In this document: piece by piece, positions 25,061 to 37,830 of the stretch
Layout of the letters: each line of letters starts with the position of its first letter
Position numbering within the stretch: position 1 is the stretch's first letter
Assembly (NCBI GenBank): GCA_028534125.1
Contig: CM052818.1
Span: 10,046,001 to 10,110,000, forward strand
Source of the DNA: Lama glama
Lineage: Eukaryota
Direction of reading: 5' to 3'
Length of the DNA stretch: 64,000 bases
The notes under the pieces: model-generated
What the model was told of the DNA's origin: nothing
What the model saw: the letters and a program-made list of their open reading frames with translations, nothing else
The model's database searches: none
Position numbers and translations under genes: made by a program

Positions 25061-26264
25061 AATATCTGCTGACTGTACATCAAATGCTCCCAGATCTTTG
25101 GCTAAAAGCAAGGGAAAAAAAGATACACATCCCATTTTTTACCCCCCTCTGAACCAGTTGAGGCCAGTCGTTTGGCTACATACACAGGATCTATCATCTT
25201 TCCTGGTTTGCCATTGGGAAATAGGGTTGTGATAACGCCAGTAATCCGGAGGGCCCTGGATCGGAAGGGTTTGGTTTGTTTGGGACACCAGGCTGTGTGA
25301 GCGCATGCGCCGAGTATCCGTGCGCAGAGCCAGGGCGGGGCACGGCGAGTGGGCTGGCGTGCTCAGGTAGGAAATCGCTGGAAATCAATTTTTTTTTAAA
25401 TTGGCTGAAGTTAAACTCCTCAATGGAAAGGACCTGTGAACTAATCTATTGGTGGCTGAGCAAGATCATACCAAGCAAGGTCCAGGAAAGGCCAGGGTGG
25501 GGAAAAAGTGCCCTCGTTGGAAGCACAGCATTTTCCGTGCACGGCTGGTGGCAAATCCATGTGTCTGGGCTTGTTTTGTTCTCGATTATCTTCTTTGGTC
25601 TGCTTCTGTGTTTTTTAGTTTACTGTGACATTATGCATTCACTTATGAGTGTTGGCAAGCAAGAGTCATCAGCCCAATAACTTCCTGACATTTTTGGCTC
25701 TTTTAATGTGCAGTCTTTGCCCTCCTGCCACAAGTGGCGAGGTAATTGAATTTCCCTGTTACTCACTGGCAGGAGGCATGTTCTGGTTCCCACCAGAGGG
25801 GCTGCTGGGTCTAACACAGGGTTCAGAGAATTCCACCTAGGGGACACCAGGGGCTTCCAAGTGGTCTGGAGGCCTGTCTGAAATGCAGTTCACACAATAA
25901 AAAACATTTTTTCCCGTCATGGACTTGAAAAGGCACCGTCGTGAACATCCATGTAAGATATGATGAAATCATGTTTACTTCTCCAGGCTGAAGCCTCACA
26001 ATGGAGGTGAGTTTTTCCCCAGTTACCTAGTGGCAAATAGAAACTGGGGACATTGGGTGGCCTCTGGGCTCATCCTACAGGTAACCCCAAACTCAGCCAA
26101 GCCCTGGGATGCTGTCTTCTCTCCTACCAAGGTTGTTTTTGTAACCTGCGTGGTGAGAAAGGGAAGAGGGTCTGAAAGAGGGGAAATAAGCTCTTAAGTG
26201 TGTCTCCTTTATTTTTTTTCCTCTTCCGCCTCTTTGAGTACATGGAATGAAATGGTGAAGAATT

Positions 26265-26430
26265 GCTGCCATTTCTAGTTGTGTGAGCTTGCACAGATTT
26301 CTTCATCTCTCCAAGCTCTAGTTTCCTCCTCGGCAATGTGGGGGGAGTCACAGGACCTACCTCATGGGACGTTGTGAGCTTTTGATGAGGAGGCGTGCCT
26401 GTATTCTCAAGTAAATACTTGAGAAAAACC
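26265..26430 (+). mobile_element. MIR fragment
   Basis: ctagttgtgtgagcttg...catctctccaagctctagtttcctc...acctacctcatgggacgttgtgag resembles the MIR core. Confidence 0.6.
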
Positions 26431-26779
26431 AGTTACTATTATGATTATGACTCACGGCTGAGAACGTTTTTCTCCTTTAAGAGCTGGGATCTCAAGGTAG
26501 TTTGTCCCTGCATGGGGTGAGCAGGCTGGGATGGGAGGAGAATAGGGCAGGGAGGGTTCTCAAGCACTCACAGCCTCTTTCTGCCTCAGGAGGGGCTCCT
26601 GTGGGAAGGGGCCCCTGGGTGGAGAGAGCTCAGTAGCCCTGGCAGATCTGGTGAGGTGGGGGGCTTCTCGCCATTGGCAGCTCCCTCGCCGCTTGGCCTC
26701 TCTGCCTGCAGGCATGTGCTGCCTTACCCAGAGAATGTGCGTGGGTGAGTGACACAGCCGCTTTGGGTGCCGAGTCCTG

Positions 26780-26925
26780 CTTCCCCACTGACTGGTCAGA
26801 GGGTTTGGGGGAACCATTTAACCTCTGTGAAATGGAGACACCCCAAAGAACCTCCCTTCCAGGGTTGGTGCAATGAGTAAATGAGAGAAAGCGTGACTTA
26901 CTTGCCACACAGGATGCACACCGAG
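26780..26925 (+). mobile_element. MIR fragment
   Basis: catttaacctctgtgaaatgg...cagggttggtgcaatgagtaaatgaga. Confidence 0.5.
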
Positions 26926-29900
26926 AGTTGCCATTGCCATACTGTGGGTCCAGCCCATTGTTAGTCCACCCCACAGCAACCCCAAGAGTCAAGTCCTGTT
27001 GGTGCCTTTTAGTGGAGGAGGAAATCGGGGCTCACCAAGGGTTAAATAACCCTCCCCTCCCTAAGGGCTCACGGTTATGGATTCCCTCCTTTGATGTCCA
27101 GTCTTTACCGTCAGCCACCTCCTCAGAGGTTTGCAGCTTTCTGCAGTGGGGCTGGGCACCAACTGGGCGGGAAGCTCTGGTGCTGGACGGTTGGCCCTCC
27201 TGTGGGTTCTGTGGTCAAGTTTTCAGTCTTCGGGGAAGGAGAGGAATGTTCCCATCCAGTCCCTGGGCAGCTGTCCTGGTTGTATTGGAGGAGCCTGGGA
27301 GCTGTTGGAAAGAGCAGCAATGTAAGGAATTCTGCTTTGCAAGTAGTCACTTCTCCATCTGTCCAGAGTGAGCCAGAAGTGGGGCGAGGGTCCTAGAAAA
27401 GGGAGGAGGCTTTACTATGTGTGTGACTTGATTGGGAGACAGCAGTAGGCTGACCAAGAAACTCATCTAGGACTTTTAAGGAAGGGCTGGTGGAGTCTGG
27501 CTTTCAGCAGTTCTGTTCTATTGTTTCTTTGGCATTTTCTTCACTGACCACACCTTTAAAGGGGTGAGAGAATCAGATTTACACTGTGAAGGAGAGAGTA
27601 CATGAGTGAGTGAGTCTGTGTGTGTCTGTGCGTGCGTGCGTGTGGGGTGTGTGTATGTAGGGGGTCCTGGGGGTAATAATCTGCTTCAAGGAGGTTTTCA
27701 TTTCTGGCCGAACAAGCGCTGTGGTGAGGCGAGTCCGGAAAGCATGCTCAGAGACTTGGGGGAATTTTTGAATGGAAACTGCAGTCAACAACTCCATACG
27801 ATCCACATGTGGCTTTCCCTGAGGCGGGTTTTCAGCTGCATGGTGGCCTCCCCCAGTCACTCCGCAGGCTGCTCTGACACCATTAATATTTGCTGAAGCA
27901 AGACCTGAGGTTCGTTGCAGAGGGATTACATAATGTATTCCAAAACCAAATGTCAGGGTTTTCCTTTTATTACCCATCCTTTTGGAGTGGCTGGGCCACC
28001 ATAGACCACCATTATATAATTTTAGAGTCATTGGGTAGTCAGGAGGTGCCTACTGTGTGCTGAAGTCCCATAGGGAAGCTGAAGAGTTGGCCTCAGGACT
28101 GAAGAGTGTCAGTGGGAGCTCTGCTCATTTGCTAACCCTTCTCTTTGAGCCAAGGAAGATCGTTTAGATGGATGCTCCACCAAGATGTTGTCATTGGCGT
28201 GGATGCAAGTGGTCTTCTGAGTTGGGGGTGGGGATGGAGGTGGCTGGTGAGAATACATGTGGGTGGACAACTCCAAACCTTCCATTTCAGTTCTTACTCT
28301 GCCCTGGGACTGAGTCCTTGCTTCCTTCCTCCCCTCTCACCTCTTCCCCAGGCTCGCTGTGTCTCTACGTGCCCCGGCTTCAGGACTGATCATCCCAGAG
28401 GAGAAGCTCTGAGTTTTGTTGGCTGGGGTCCCTAGACTGAAAAGCTGAAATGATAAAAAAAAAAGAAAAGAATATCATAGCTTTAGGGCCCCTATTTTGC
28501 GCACCCCCCCACCCCACCCCCAGTTTTCTCTCCATTCTCTTGAAAATCAGGCCAGCTCTCCGACAGTGGCCTTTTGTTTCTTTTTCTTTTTCTTTTTTTT
28601 TTTTTGGTTCTGCCTTCGTTAAGGTAACATGAATTTAATGTCCCAAGAGGCAGGCTGGTGACCCTTCAGGCCAAGTGCCTGGATGTGGCAACGCTATAAT
28701 AAATATTGAATGGTGAGAGCAATGGAAATTTAACAAAGCCGTAACTGAGGAGACCGCAGAGGGGCAGCGGACTGGTTAAGAGGCTGTTGGATGAGCTGGG
28801 TAGTATTTCTACTTCAACCTGATTGAAATGTCGACTAAAAATCAATGCTGTTGACTAGTGATAATTTACAGCGTTCCCGGTGCTAAGTAGTTCCCCGCTT
28901 AAGAGTGCGTTGGCTGGGCAGAGATTAGTGCAGAGAGTTGTGTGTGTCACAATGAATCAGACGCATTATAGGTCAGCCCTTTATTTGTTTCATCATGACT
29001 TTTACACAGTTGTCATGTAATTTATGGCTGCTTTCACGTTGTCAAACATTTTCATTGCATCTTCTTCCTTAACACACTCCTGACACAGACGTGCTGTCTT
29101 GGAAGGCTTGGTATTATTTCCTAATCTGAGAGGAGGCCTATAAACCACCAAATTACACTATCTTCGGGCTAATCTAAATGCGCTGCAGATTAAAATCAGA
29201 GCTCATTTGTCCCTGATGCAAATTATTAAGTTCTAATTATAAATATCCATTTAATTACCCCATACATTTTTATTTTGCGGACCCTTTGGAGAACTGCTGT
29301 CTGTGACGGTGGACGGGGAGATGCATAGGAGACAATCTGTCGTAATTAATGTACACTCCCCAAATGGTAAAGGATAAACATATGCTGCTTTGTTTGTCTT
29401 ATTTATTGATTGATTAGATGTATAGAGATTTTGGCATCCACACAATCTGAAGTTGAAATCCTTTTGAAAATGAAAACTATTTAAAAATCTTTTGGGGGAA
29501 GAAAAAGCACAATAAAGGCAACCTGAGCTTTCTGTTAGAACACATCGTCCTAAAATATGGGATTTTCGCTAATTTTTAAATTTGATTTGATCTAGATTTC
29601 ACAGAAATTAAGGGTGTGAGAAAACATACCTGTTTTGCCCTAGAATGTGAAATCATCGTTATAGAAAAACTATGATCTTTAAAAAAAAATGACATCCTGG
29701 TTTCCAGCCTTGCTAGTATTCACTCCTAGCAAGCTACAGTATCTGCTTGTAAAGGAAGACAGTCCAGTTGAGAGCATTATGGTGAACTATTTTTGACTAC
29801 CAAATAATGAAGTAAAAACAAAAGGAGAGGGAGATAAAATATAGATTTGTAAAGGCCTTGTAACTGGACATATACTCTTCATGAAGGCAGTGGGAAAATT

Positions 29901-29954
29901 ACCAAGACTGGTTTGGGGGGTGGTGAGAATTGAGGTTTACTTTGACTTTTATTG

Positions 29955-30100
29955 ATAGTGGAAAGACACTGGTCTGGGAACCAGTATGCCTGGATCTGAT
30001 CCTGAGCTGTGAGACCTTGAGGTTCTTTTTGAGGTTTGGCATTTTAGTTTCTTCATCTGTAAAATGGGTAGTTTGGACCAGCTGGGTCTCTGAGCCCCTG
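29955..30100 (+). mobile_element. MIR fragment
   Basis: agctgtgagaccttga...agtttcttcatctgtaaaatggg MIR core. Confidence 0.65.
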
Positions 30101-31946
30101 TCATATACTAGCCTACTCTGAACACCACAGACATGTTCCCAAGTTCCCCCTCCTTCCTGCTCTTTTTGGAATCTAGTTGCTGAATAGGACTCACCTGCAA
30201 AGAGGCCAGAATATTTTCATGATTTGCCTCAAAGATGGAAGCTACCTTGGAGATGAAGGCTTGGACTCCTGGTCCCTCGGCAGAGAGCTTAAGGGCAACT
30301 TTCAAATTGCTGGAAGCAAAATTGAAGCGTGGTATAATGGAATGGTGATAATTCACAGAAGTTTCCAGCCTTACAAGATTTCTCCATCTTTTAATTGTAG
30401 CAAGCTGTTTTTTTCATAAACTCTAGAGAGTGTAATGTGTATTTTCTCCAAGTTTGCTTTTTTGGGCAACTGTAACTATGTCAAAATAGAAATACGTTTG
30501 ACAAAGAAATCAGTTGAATTCAAACAACCAGGTATTTTAAATTCAATTAACTGACTGAATTCAGTGATATTTTCCTTCTTCCTTCCCCAAAAGCTGGTTT
30601 CTCTGTATGGACATAGCCTACATATGCTGAGTTCTTGGAGTTACAAATTCTTGCTTGTTAAAGGCATCCGATGCAACATGTTTAGAAGAACTCTCCCTCT
30701 GTTAGTGCTGAAGACAGCATAAATTGAGGGAAAAATGTTCTTTTTTTACTCATCATGTAGGTAAAAGCATATGGCCGTTTTAGGGACATGTGATCTTTGC
30801 AATACATTTTCTAAACTCGGTGTTTACCATTGACTCTTAGAATGGACGTTTCCGTTTTCCATGCTGTCCAGCAAATGCCATTTATACATGGCATTAAATT
30901 AGATATAAAATGATGTTTTCAGAAGCATACTGAAAAACAACATTCAAAGTTAGCCCTTGGATAATGATTATCTGAGACTTTCTTTTATTATCCCATGTGC
31001 TGAGAATAAGGAGGAAATGAACCAATTGTGAAATCCATGTTTCTTGTAAGACGTAGACACTTGAAATCTATAGCTTCAATAAAAAAGTAATTTATTTAAA
31101 TTACTGCCTCTTTAATTTATAATGTTTCGGGGATTTTTGTTAGGAGTGTTCTGTAAGTGCAGTGATAATCAGCTATTTCAGATTTTGCGTGCTCTTCTGT
31201 CTCTGGCAAAAAAACCCAAAAAACCAAAAAAACAAAAAAAAACCCAACAGGGAAAAGGAAAAAGTTTAGCTCCAACTTAAGCCAAAGGAAGATAATGGGC
31301 AGACTGAATGAATGGCAGCCACCTCGAGGCACTGTTTTCTCCTTCGGTTATTACCTGAAGAGAAGCATGATAACATTCATGCCAAAGAGATAGGAGACAA
31401 AATATGTATTCAGATATGAAGTTTAGGATTTCACAGCCTGATAGTCTCTCTCCCCTCCTCCAGTTGCATTGTGCAAATGTATCAGCTGTTGTGTTGTTAA
31501 TGTGTGATACGTCGCTGCTGCTAGGACGGCCTTGGCTCACTAATGGGGTCAGCTGTGTCACAGTGTGATGTATGGATTATGTTTACCATGGCACGTTTTT
31601 GTTTGCGAGTGGGGCTGTGAGATGGGAGCAGATGATAAATGAAGATACTCTACAGTTTTCACACTAGTTTCTGTGGTCCTGAGTCTCCAAAACAGTCCCA
31701 AGCACTGCTGATCATGGTGAGGTATTTATGGGAGCATAATTGACTTTGAAGTTTCAGATCTCTGACTGAAGTTTAGAATGTGATGGTCCATTATGGTAAT
31801 GTCTTTACTTAAAGGTCCTATTTTAAACCCTAAATAAATTATTTATGGTTTGTTGCTAAAACTTTGGTAAATTCATGAACCTTTGGGCTGGTTAAATAAC
31901 TTGCCAGTGGCTTTGTGTGCCTGGACGATTCATTTGCTTGGGCTCC

Positions 31947-31972
31947 TGTGTGTGTGTGTGTGTGTGTGTGTG
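31947..31972. repeat. (TG)13 microsatellite
   Basis: Read directly. Confidence 0.95.
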
Positions 31973-32122
31973 TATGATTTCTAAATTTATTTCTCGAGTT
32001 TCACGTGCGATGAATGGTTTTTCTTACTGGAGCCTTGTGTGGTACACCTATAAAAGATTTGTGATCTCTTTTGGAAAAAAAAAATCCCCAAATACAGCAA
32101 CACTCATCATAAGACATAGCAG

Positions 32123-32236
32123 ATATATATACACATAATTTATACATACGTACATACTACATGAATACACATATACATACATTATGTATATATACATAGT
32201 GTATATATATAGTGTATACACACACACACACACACA
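32123..32236. repeat. TA/CA low-complexity tract ending in (CA)9
   Basis: Read directly. Confidence 0.85.
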
Positions 32237-33384
32237 CTCTATAGAGAAAGAGAGGTTGAGAGAGAAGGTAGGAAGGTCTTTAGATTTACCAAGATTCCAT
32301 TAAGTTAATATAAAAGTTTAAAAAAATTGTTCATGTAACTACTTCTTTTCCTCAGATTCTAACTTAGGCAAATCCATCTTCATGCTATTTGTCTCTGAGG
32401 GTCTGTTATTCACGTAGCCCTGGATTGAGGGGCATAATTGCAAATTTAAGGACAACAGTCTCCAGCCGAAATTATATATGGCTGCCTGTACCTTTTGCCT
32501 TCACAGAGTTGAGAAGTCTGGTCCTTCTGGCGGTGGCTGTAACACTTGTTGCCTCGAAGTCCCTTCTTCAGAGTTCTGCCATGAGTCTATTTCCCGTGAC
32601 CCACCTCTGCATCTGGTTAAATGGACTTCAGTAATCTGGACACAGTTACTTCTTACTTATTTTATATCCTGAAAGATATTAAGTCCAACAAGCTTTTACC
32701 CACTGAGTCTGTAAAGAAAACGGCCAGGCAATTTTTGTTTCAATCTCTGTGTCTCTCTGGAGCAGTAGTTCCAGAGGCTGATCAATAGGTTTTATTGTAG
32801 ACCTCACTGTCTCTAAAAGCATTGTGACCTTATCCTGTCTAAAAATAGTATTTGCTCTTGCTTTCAGAACCTTGACCTGTGAAAACCCATTTGGAACATA
32901 ACTGACATATCTAGTCAGCTGTATATCCAAGACATGCTCTGCGAATGAATTCTGAGCAGAACCGTCCAGAACACTTTCCCCAAAGGAAAATAAATACTGG
33001 TTCTGAATACGGGGAGTGCACCTGCTTGCCCAGTGTGGGGGTGGGGCACGTGGTGAGGAGTAAGGAAGACTCGGGGACTGGAAGCTGTTGTGAGGGGTAA
33101 GAACCCTCACAGAGGACTTCAGGAGGGTGCCTTTGGCCCCAAGTAGGAAAAGGGACTGCAGGAGCAGGAGTTTGGGCTGAAGTGCAAGACAGCTTTAAAC
33201 AGAGTCCATGACCCTTTTTAGAGAGCGTGATTCTCCCTGCGCTTTCCTTGGCTTTTCCTAAGCTTCAGTCTTAAACCTTGGTGGAAGGGGTTCTCTGAGG
33301 CATAACCTAGATGGAAAGAAGTATTTCAGAGTCTAAAGTAACTTCTCTATTATTTTTTTAATGATAAGGAATTACTTCCACTTT

Positions 33385-33650
33385 ATTTATTTTTTGGTGT
33401 GATAATGGTTTTGTGGTTTGTTTTTTTTTAAAAAAGAATCATTATCTTTTAAAAATATGCATACTGAAGTATTTACTGATGGAATGATAGGATGTCTGGA
33501 ATCAGTGTAAATAATCAATGGGCAGGGTTAGCGATAGATAAAACAAGATTGGCCACGAGTTGCTAACGGTTGAAGTTGGGTGATGCGTACTTGGGAGGTG
33601 ATTTATGCCATTCTCTCTACCTCTGTGTATGCGTGAGATTTTCCCGAAAA
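33385..33650 (+). mobile_element. Old L1M 3'-end fragment
   Basis: ggtgtgataatgg...atgcatactgaagtattta...gatgtctggaat...aaacaagattggcca...gttgaagttgggtgatg...ctctctacctctgtgtatg pattern typical of L1MC/ME 3' ends. Confidence 0.7.
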
Positions 33651-36600
33651 TGAAGGCGCTGCCTGATGATAAAGAGCAAAATGGCTTTGTTCGGCAGTGG
33701 GTGTTGTTTCTTTGCCAGTGGTTTGGCTCAGAGGCAGTGAGGAGGCAGGTGTCCTCTGGGAAAGTTTCACTGTTAAGGGGGTTGTCTTAGGGTCTGCACT
33801 GTGCATGGTGCTGCATTCTCCTGGTAGAAGGGAGAGCCCGTGGTTTTTTTTCCATGCGTGAAGAGTTGGAGATGGAGTCTGACTGAATTTTGGCACTGGT
33901 GTCTCTTTTCATCCTGAGGGGTGTTAGGAAGAAGCAAGTGGGCAGTGCCTACTACCCTGGTAGTGTTGAGGAAGACAAGGCTCTTGGGTATTCCTGTGGC
34001 CATTGGAGCCCTGGCTGATTTGCCTGAGAGGAGGTGGACCACACTCTAAGGAAGAAGGGGGTGAAAACACAGTCAAAGGGAGACTGGGGCACAGCCCTCG
34101 ACAGATGAAAGGCAGGGGTGCAGTGGTTGCACAGTTGCAAAGGGGCATTGTGTTCTCCTATTTAGCAACATCTAGGCGTGTCGCCTTGTAGCTTGAAAGT
34201 GAGGTCACCAGTGGTCTCAATGAAGCCTGTCACATCGGAGCCAGGGTGGGTCTGCTCTCTGCCGTATCTGCTACCTAGAAGCTGAGACCAGCCTCTCCGA
34301 GCTGTTCCCAGGCACAGGTCCCCCTGGTTTCACAAAATGTCCGCTCCTGCTCCCTTCATGTGGTGGCTATTATTAGCAAGTGTCACTCAGTTATCTTGAG
34401 AGTGGCGCATTTAGCTGCCATCTAAGTGCCTGACACTTGGGTTTACAGCAGATTAAATTAAATTTTAGGCTAGTTTGGCTTCACTGGCAGGAGACAATAG
34501 GAGCAGCTGTTGTAGAAATGTAACCTGGCACCCTCCAGGACTGGTGTGTGTGTGTGCATGTATGTGTGTTTTTCTGTGTGTCTGCTCAGAGGTGCACCTG
34601 TGGGAGTTCAGAGCATGCCGGTGACCCTTGGGTGATTAGGGACCTGACCGGCCCCTGTTGGGGGGGGATGGGAAAGGTGCCATTGTCTGGGGCTGACCAC
34701 TGGGCTATACCTCCTTTTCCTCTTCTTTGCATTTCATTCCTTCTTCACAGCAGTGTTTAGACAAATAGTTTCTCCAGCTTAGTTGGATTGTGTTTGGTTA
34801 GCAAAGGGAGGGTATGAAGCTGGAATAATCTTTCTACTGTTTGCACATCCGTGTTTTTCTGCAAAGGGGCTAAGCTTGCATGAAGACACCAATGGAAACC
34901 AACAGAGGAAGGGTATGGATGATTTCTGGCTCATTGCTATGTGCTGACCAAGTTGACCTGATGGGCGGTGTAGGCAGAATGTTTGGCTGTCCCTGTCCTG
35001 CTTTATGTCTCAGATTCTTATAGGTCCAGTAGGCAGACCCACATGGGGGTGAGCGGGAGGTCTGTTCTTTTAGACACAAATATCTCCTCCTTGGTGCTTG
35101 TGCTCGTTGTGATTGTGCCTGTGAATTTAGGACCTTTATGCCTCATCCTGTTGAGTCAGAGCAAAGCAGTGCACATCAACATCACTTTTTAAAGATGCTT
35201 CCGAAAACTCTCTGGGGATAATTTCTCCCTCTTATAAACGGAATGCAAATGTGTACATTATTCCACGGAAGGGCAATGCTCTTTGCTTTTATAATCTAGG
35301 TCTTAAAAAATTCTGTGGCACTTGATTTCAGTTCCTCAGACTCCAGAATTTATACTCACTGATTAGTAATACATTATGCAAATAATTCAGTTTACATATC
35401 CAAATACTGTTTTGCATCATTCACACCTCATGTCTTGAAAAAAAAAAGTGAAATGTTTCCTCAAAATAAACAAAACCTGCAGAAGAGTTTATTGTAAGGG
35501 TGGAAATTAAAGAGGCACCCATTTGCCTGGGAACTTTTGAGGAAAATTTTAATACTCCTGCATAAATAATTTTGCAAGTTTTTTTTTGTGGGGTCTTTTA
35601 CCCATAGGACATGCCATTCAAGGTATAATATGTTTTCTTTGGTTTCTGAATTTTTCAATTTTTTTTGGAAAAAGAAGCCATAACACTACATCCGATACAC
35701 ATTTGTGCATTAATACGTAGAGCCGCAAGTGAAAATTTAAGCTGAGTTATTTGAAGGAGGTACCGTACTTGCTTACCAGTCACATGAGTTTTTTGCCAGA
35801 GAGAAAAGGAGACTAAGTAGATGCAAACTTTTATACTCAATGTCAAGAGAGAGTTAACTCAGCCTAGGCACGAATGCTTCAGTTATAGGTTGGCAAATGG
35901 CAGTGCCCTATGAAAGTCTTCTAGCTTTCAGTAGATTTTTACTCTCATTGGAGTAATTCAGGAGAATACAGGATGTGACCTGGAGCCCTTGTCTGAATAA
36001 GCACGTTCCCATGCCCACGTGAATGTCTGAGCCAGTGGCTTTGACCTCACGCGTCAGAACGGAATTGGCCTGAGACATCTGCCCAGAATTCCAGCGGTTC
36101 CCACCTCACTCTCTGGAGCGGTTCACTTACTGCTATTGCAAAGCATGTCAGGTTTCCAGAGGAATTTCCCTGAGAGGGAAGGAAGGAAGGACAGCAGAAA
36201 GGGAAGAAAGCTAGTGGGGGCCTGGTCTTCTCTTTGTGGCGCGAGCGCTGTCATCTTTCTTGGACGACGCTCCACACCCACCCCTCCTAACAGGTTATAG
36301 ACACATTTTTGGCACTGTGTGAAGTAAGCGTTCCAACATGTTTTTAATCTTTAACTTTCACGTTTTTAGAAGTCTGAGGTACTGACTTTCACTGCCTGGA
36401 GATAGTTCAGGGCACAGCACCTGACAGGTGTAATGTTTTGTGTTTTATGTCTCTCAGTATGGAGGTTATAGTATCAAAAAGGCCGCAAAATGCCTTAAAG
36501 ATGTTGATCCCCATGTACTGAATACGCATGGGCCCCTTCTTGCCCCACTTTCACATCTACCTTTTTTTTTTTTTTTGTAGCCTGTGTTTGAAAGGGCCCT

Positions 36601-37734
36601 TGGTGTACTTGGGAGACAAGAAACTCTTTGGCTTGGCATTACCTCCCAGAGGGTCAGGACTGGGAAATCCCACTCCTCTCCACTTTTTCTCCAGGGTGGA
36701 GAGATGTCTGCCCTAGCTCTCCTTTTGCTGTGGATGGTGGGGAGACAGACTTGGTGGGTGCCGTGGCTTCAGGTCTCACCTTGAGTGACAGGAGGTCAGC
36801 AACAAGCAGCCGCGTCAAGTGCCGCTATGGACAACTGTGCCTTGATTTCTGCCAAGAAGCACAGTGATCGGGTCCGTCCACTCGACTGGAGCCTGACTTG
36901 TCACTGCTGGGTCCTCAGGATACCCTGTGGCTCCCGCTCTTATGTCTGTTCTGGAGGGGCTTTTAAGGGAACTCTGTAACGATAAGCAGGCTTTTAGTTT
37001 CCTCAGCATTCTCTGACGGGCTGAGTGTTGTCTCTGAGCTCCCCACCTCCCCTCCACGACTGGTGTGTGGTGATTCTCAGATGGAGCGTGGTGCTTCTCA
37101 CCTCGTCCCCCAGGTCCGTGCGTGTGAGAACTGACCCCCGCATGGGTGATGACCTCCCATTCTGGTCCCCACCTCGTACTCTCCACTTGAGTAAGTGAAT
37201 TGAAATGCAGGTGAGTTGGAATGTCATTTTACAGGCATGGTCTTGAGTCTGCTCTCACACAGACACTTACAAAGTAAATACATTTTATTAGTACTGAGTG
37301 GTAACAGAGTTCTTTGGGTTCACTTCACTACCAGCTGCAACACAGCCACATGGAACTGAAACTCTGATCCAGTGTCGCCTTCACCTCCAGTGCCGTGTGC
37401 GGCGGGGGAGCACATGCTGCTGGAGGGAACCAGACAACATGATGTCAGGCCCAGTCTGGTCAGAGGGAGTCTGGATACAGAAAAGTTGGGCCTGATTTTG
37501 CCTTTTGAAATTAAGGTAGCTAAGGCTCAGTAATTATTTTAAAGTGGTTTTTAAAAAATTTCTCTCTTTCCCTGAAATTGACTTTTAGGGCAAGGCTCTT
37601 GTTCCTCATTGACCAGTATCTGCAGAATCGCAGGAGATAGTCCAGGTCTTTGAGTGTGGACATTTTCCTTCATGCAAGGGAAGTCAGTGTTTACTGAGCG
37701 TCTTCCATGTAGATGTGGAATCATGAAGCTCTGT

Positions 37735-37830
37735 CATTTCCCGTCTCATTCTGCAGATGAGACAGGTTGAGGCTGAGAGGGGAGCGAGGTGCCAGAGGTC
37801 ACTCACCAGGCAGTGATAGAACTGACAAGC
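37735..37830 (-). mobile_element. MIR fragment
   Basis: cattctgcagatgagacaggttgaggctgagagggg...gccagaggtcac. Confidence 0.55.

Noticed and set aside
25790..25804. CTCF-like CCACCAGAGGGGCT (also partial matches at about 980, 1155 and 34414)
   Set aside because: Mismatches at core positions; cannot be supported without PWM scoring or ChIP.
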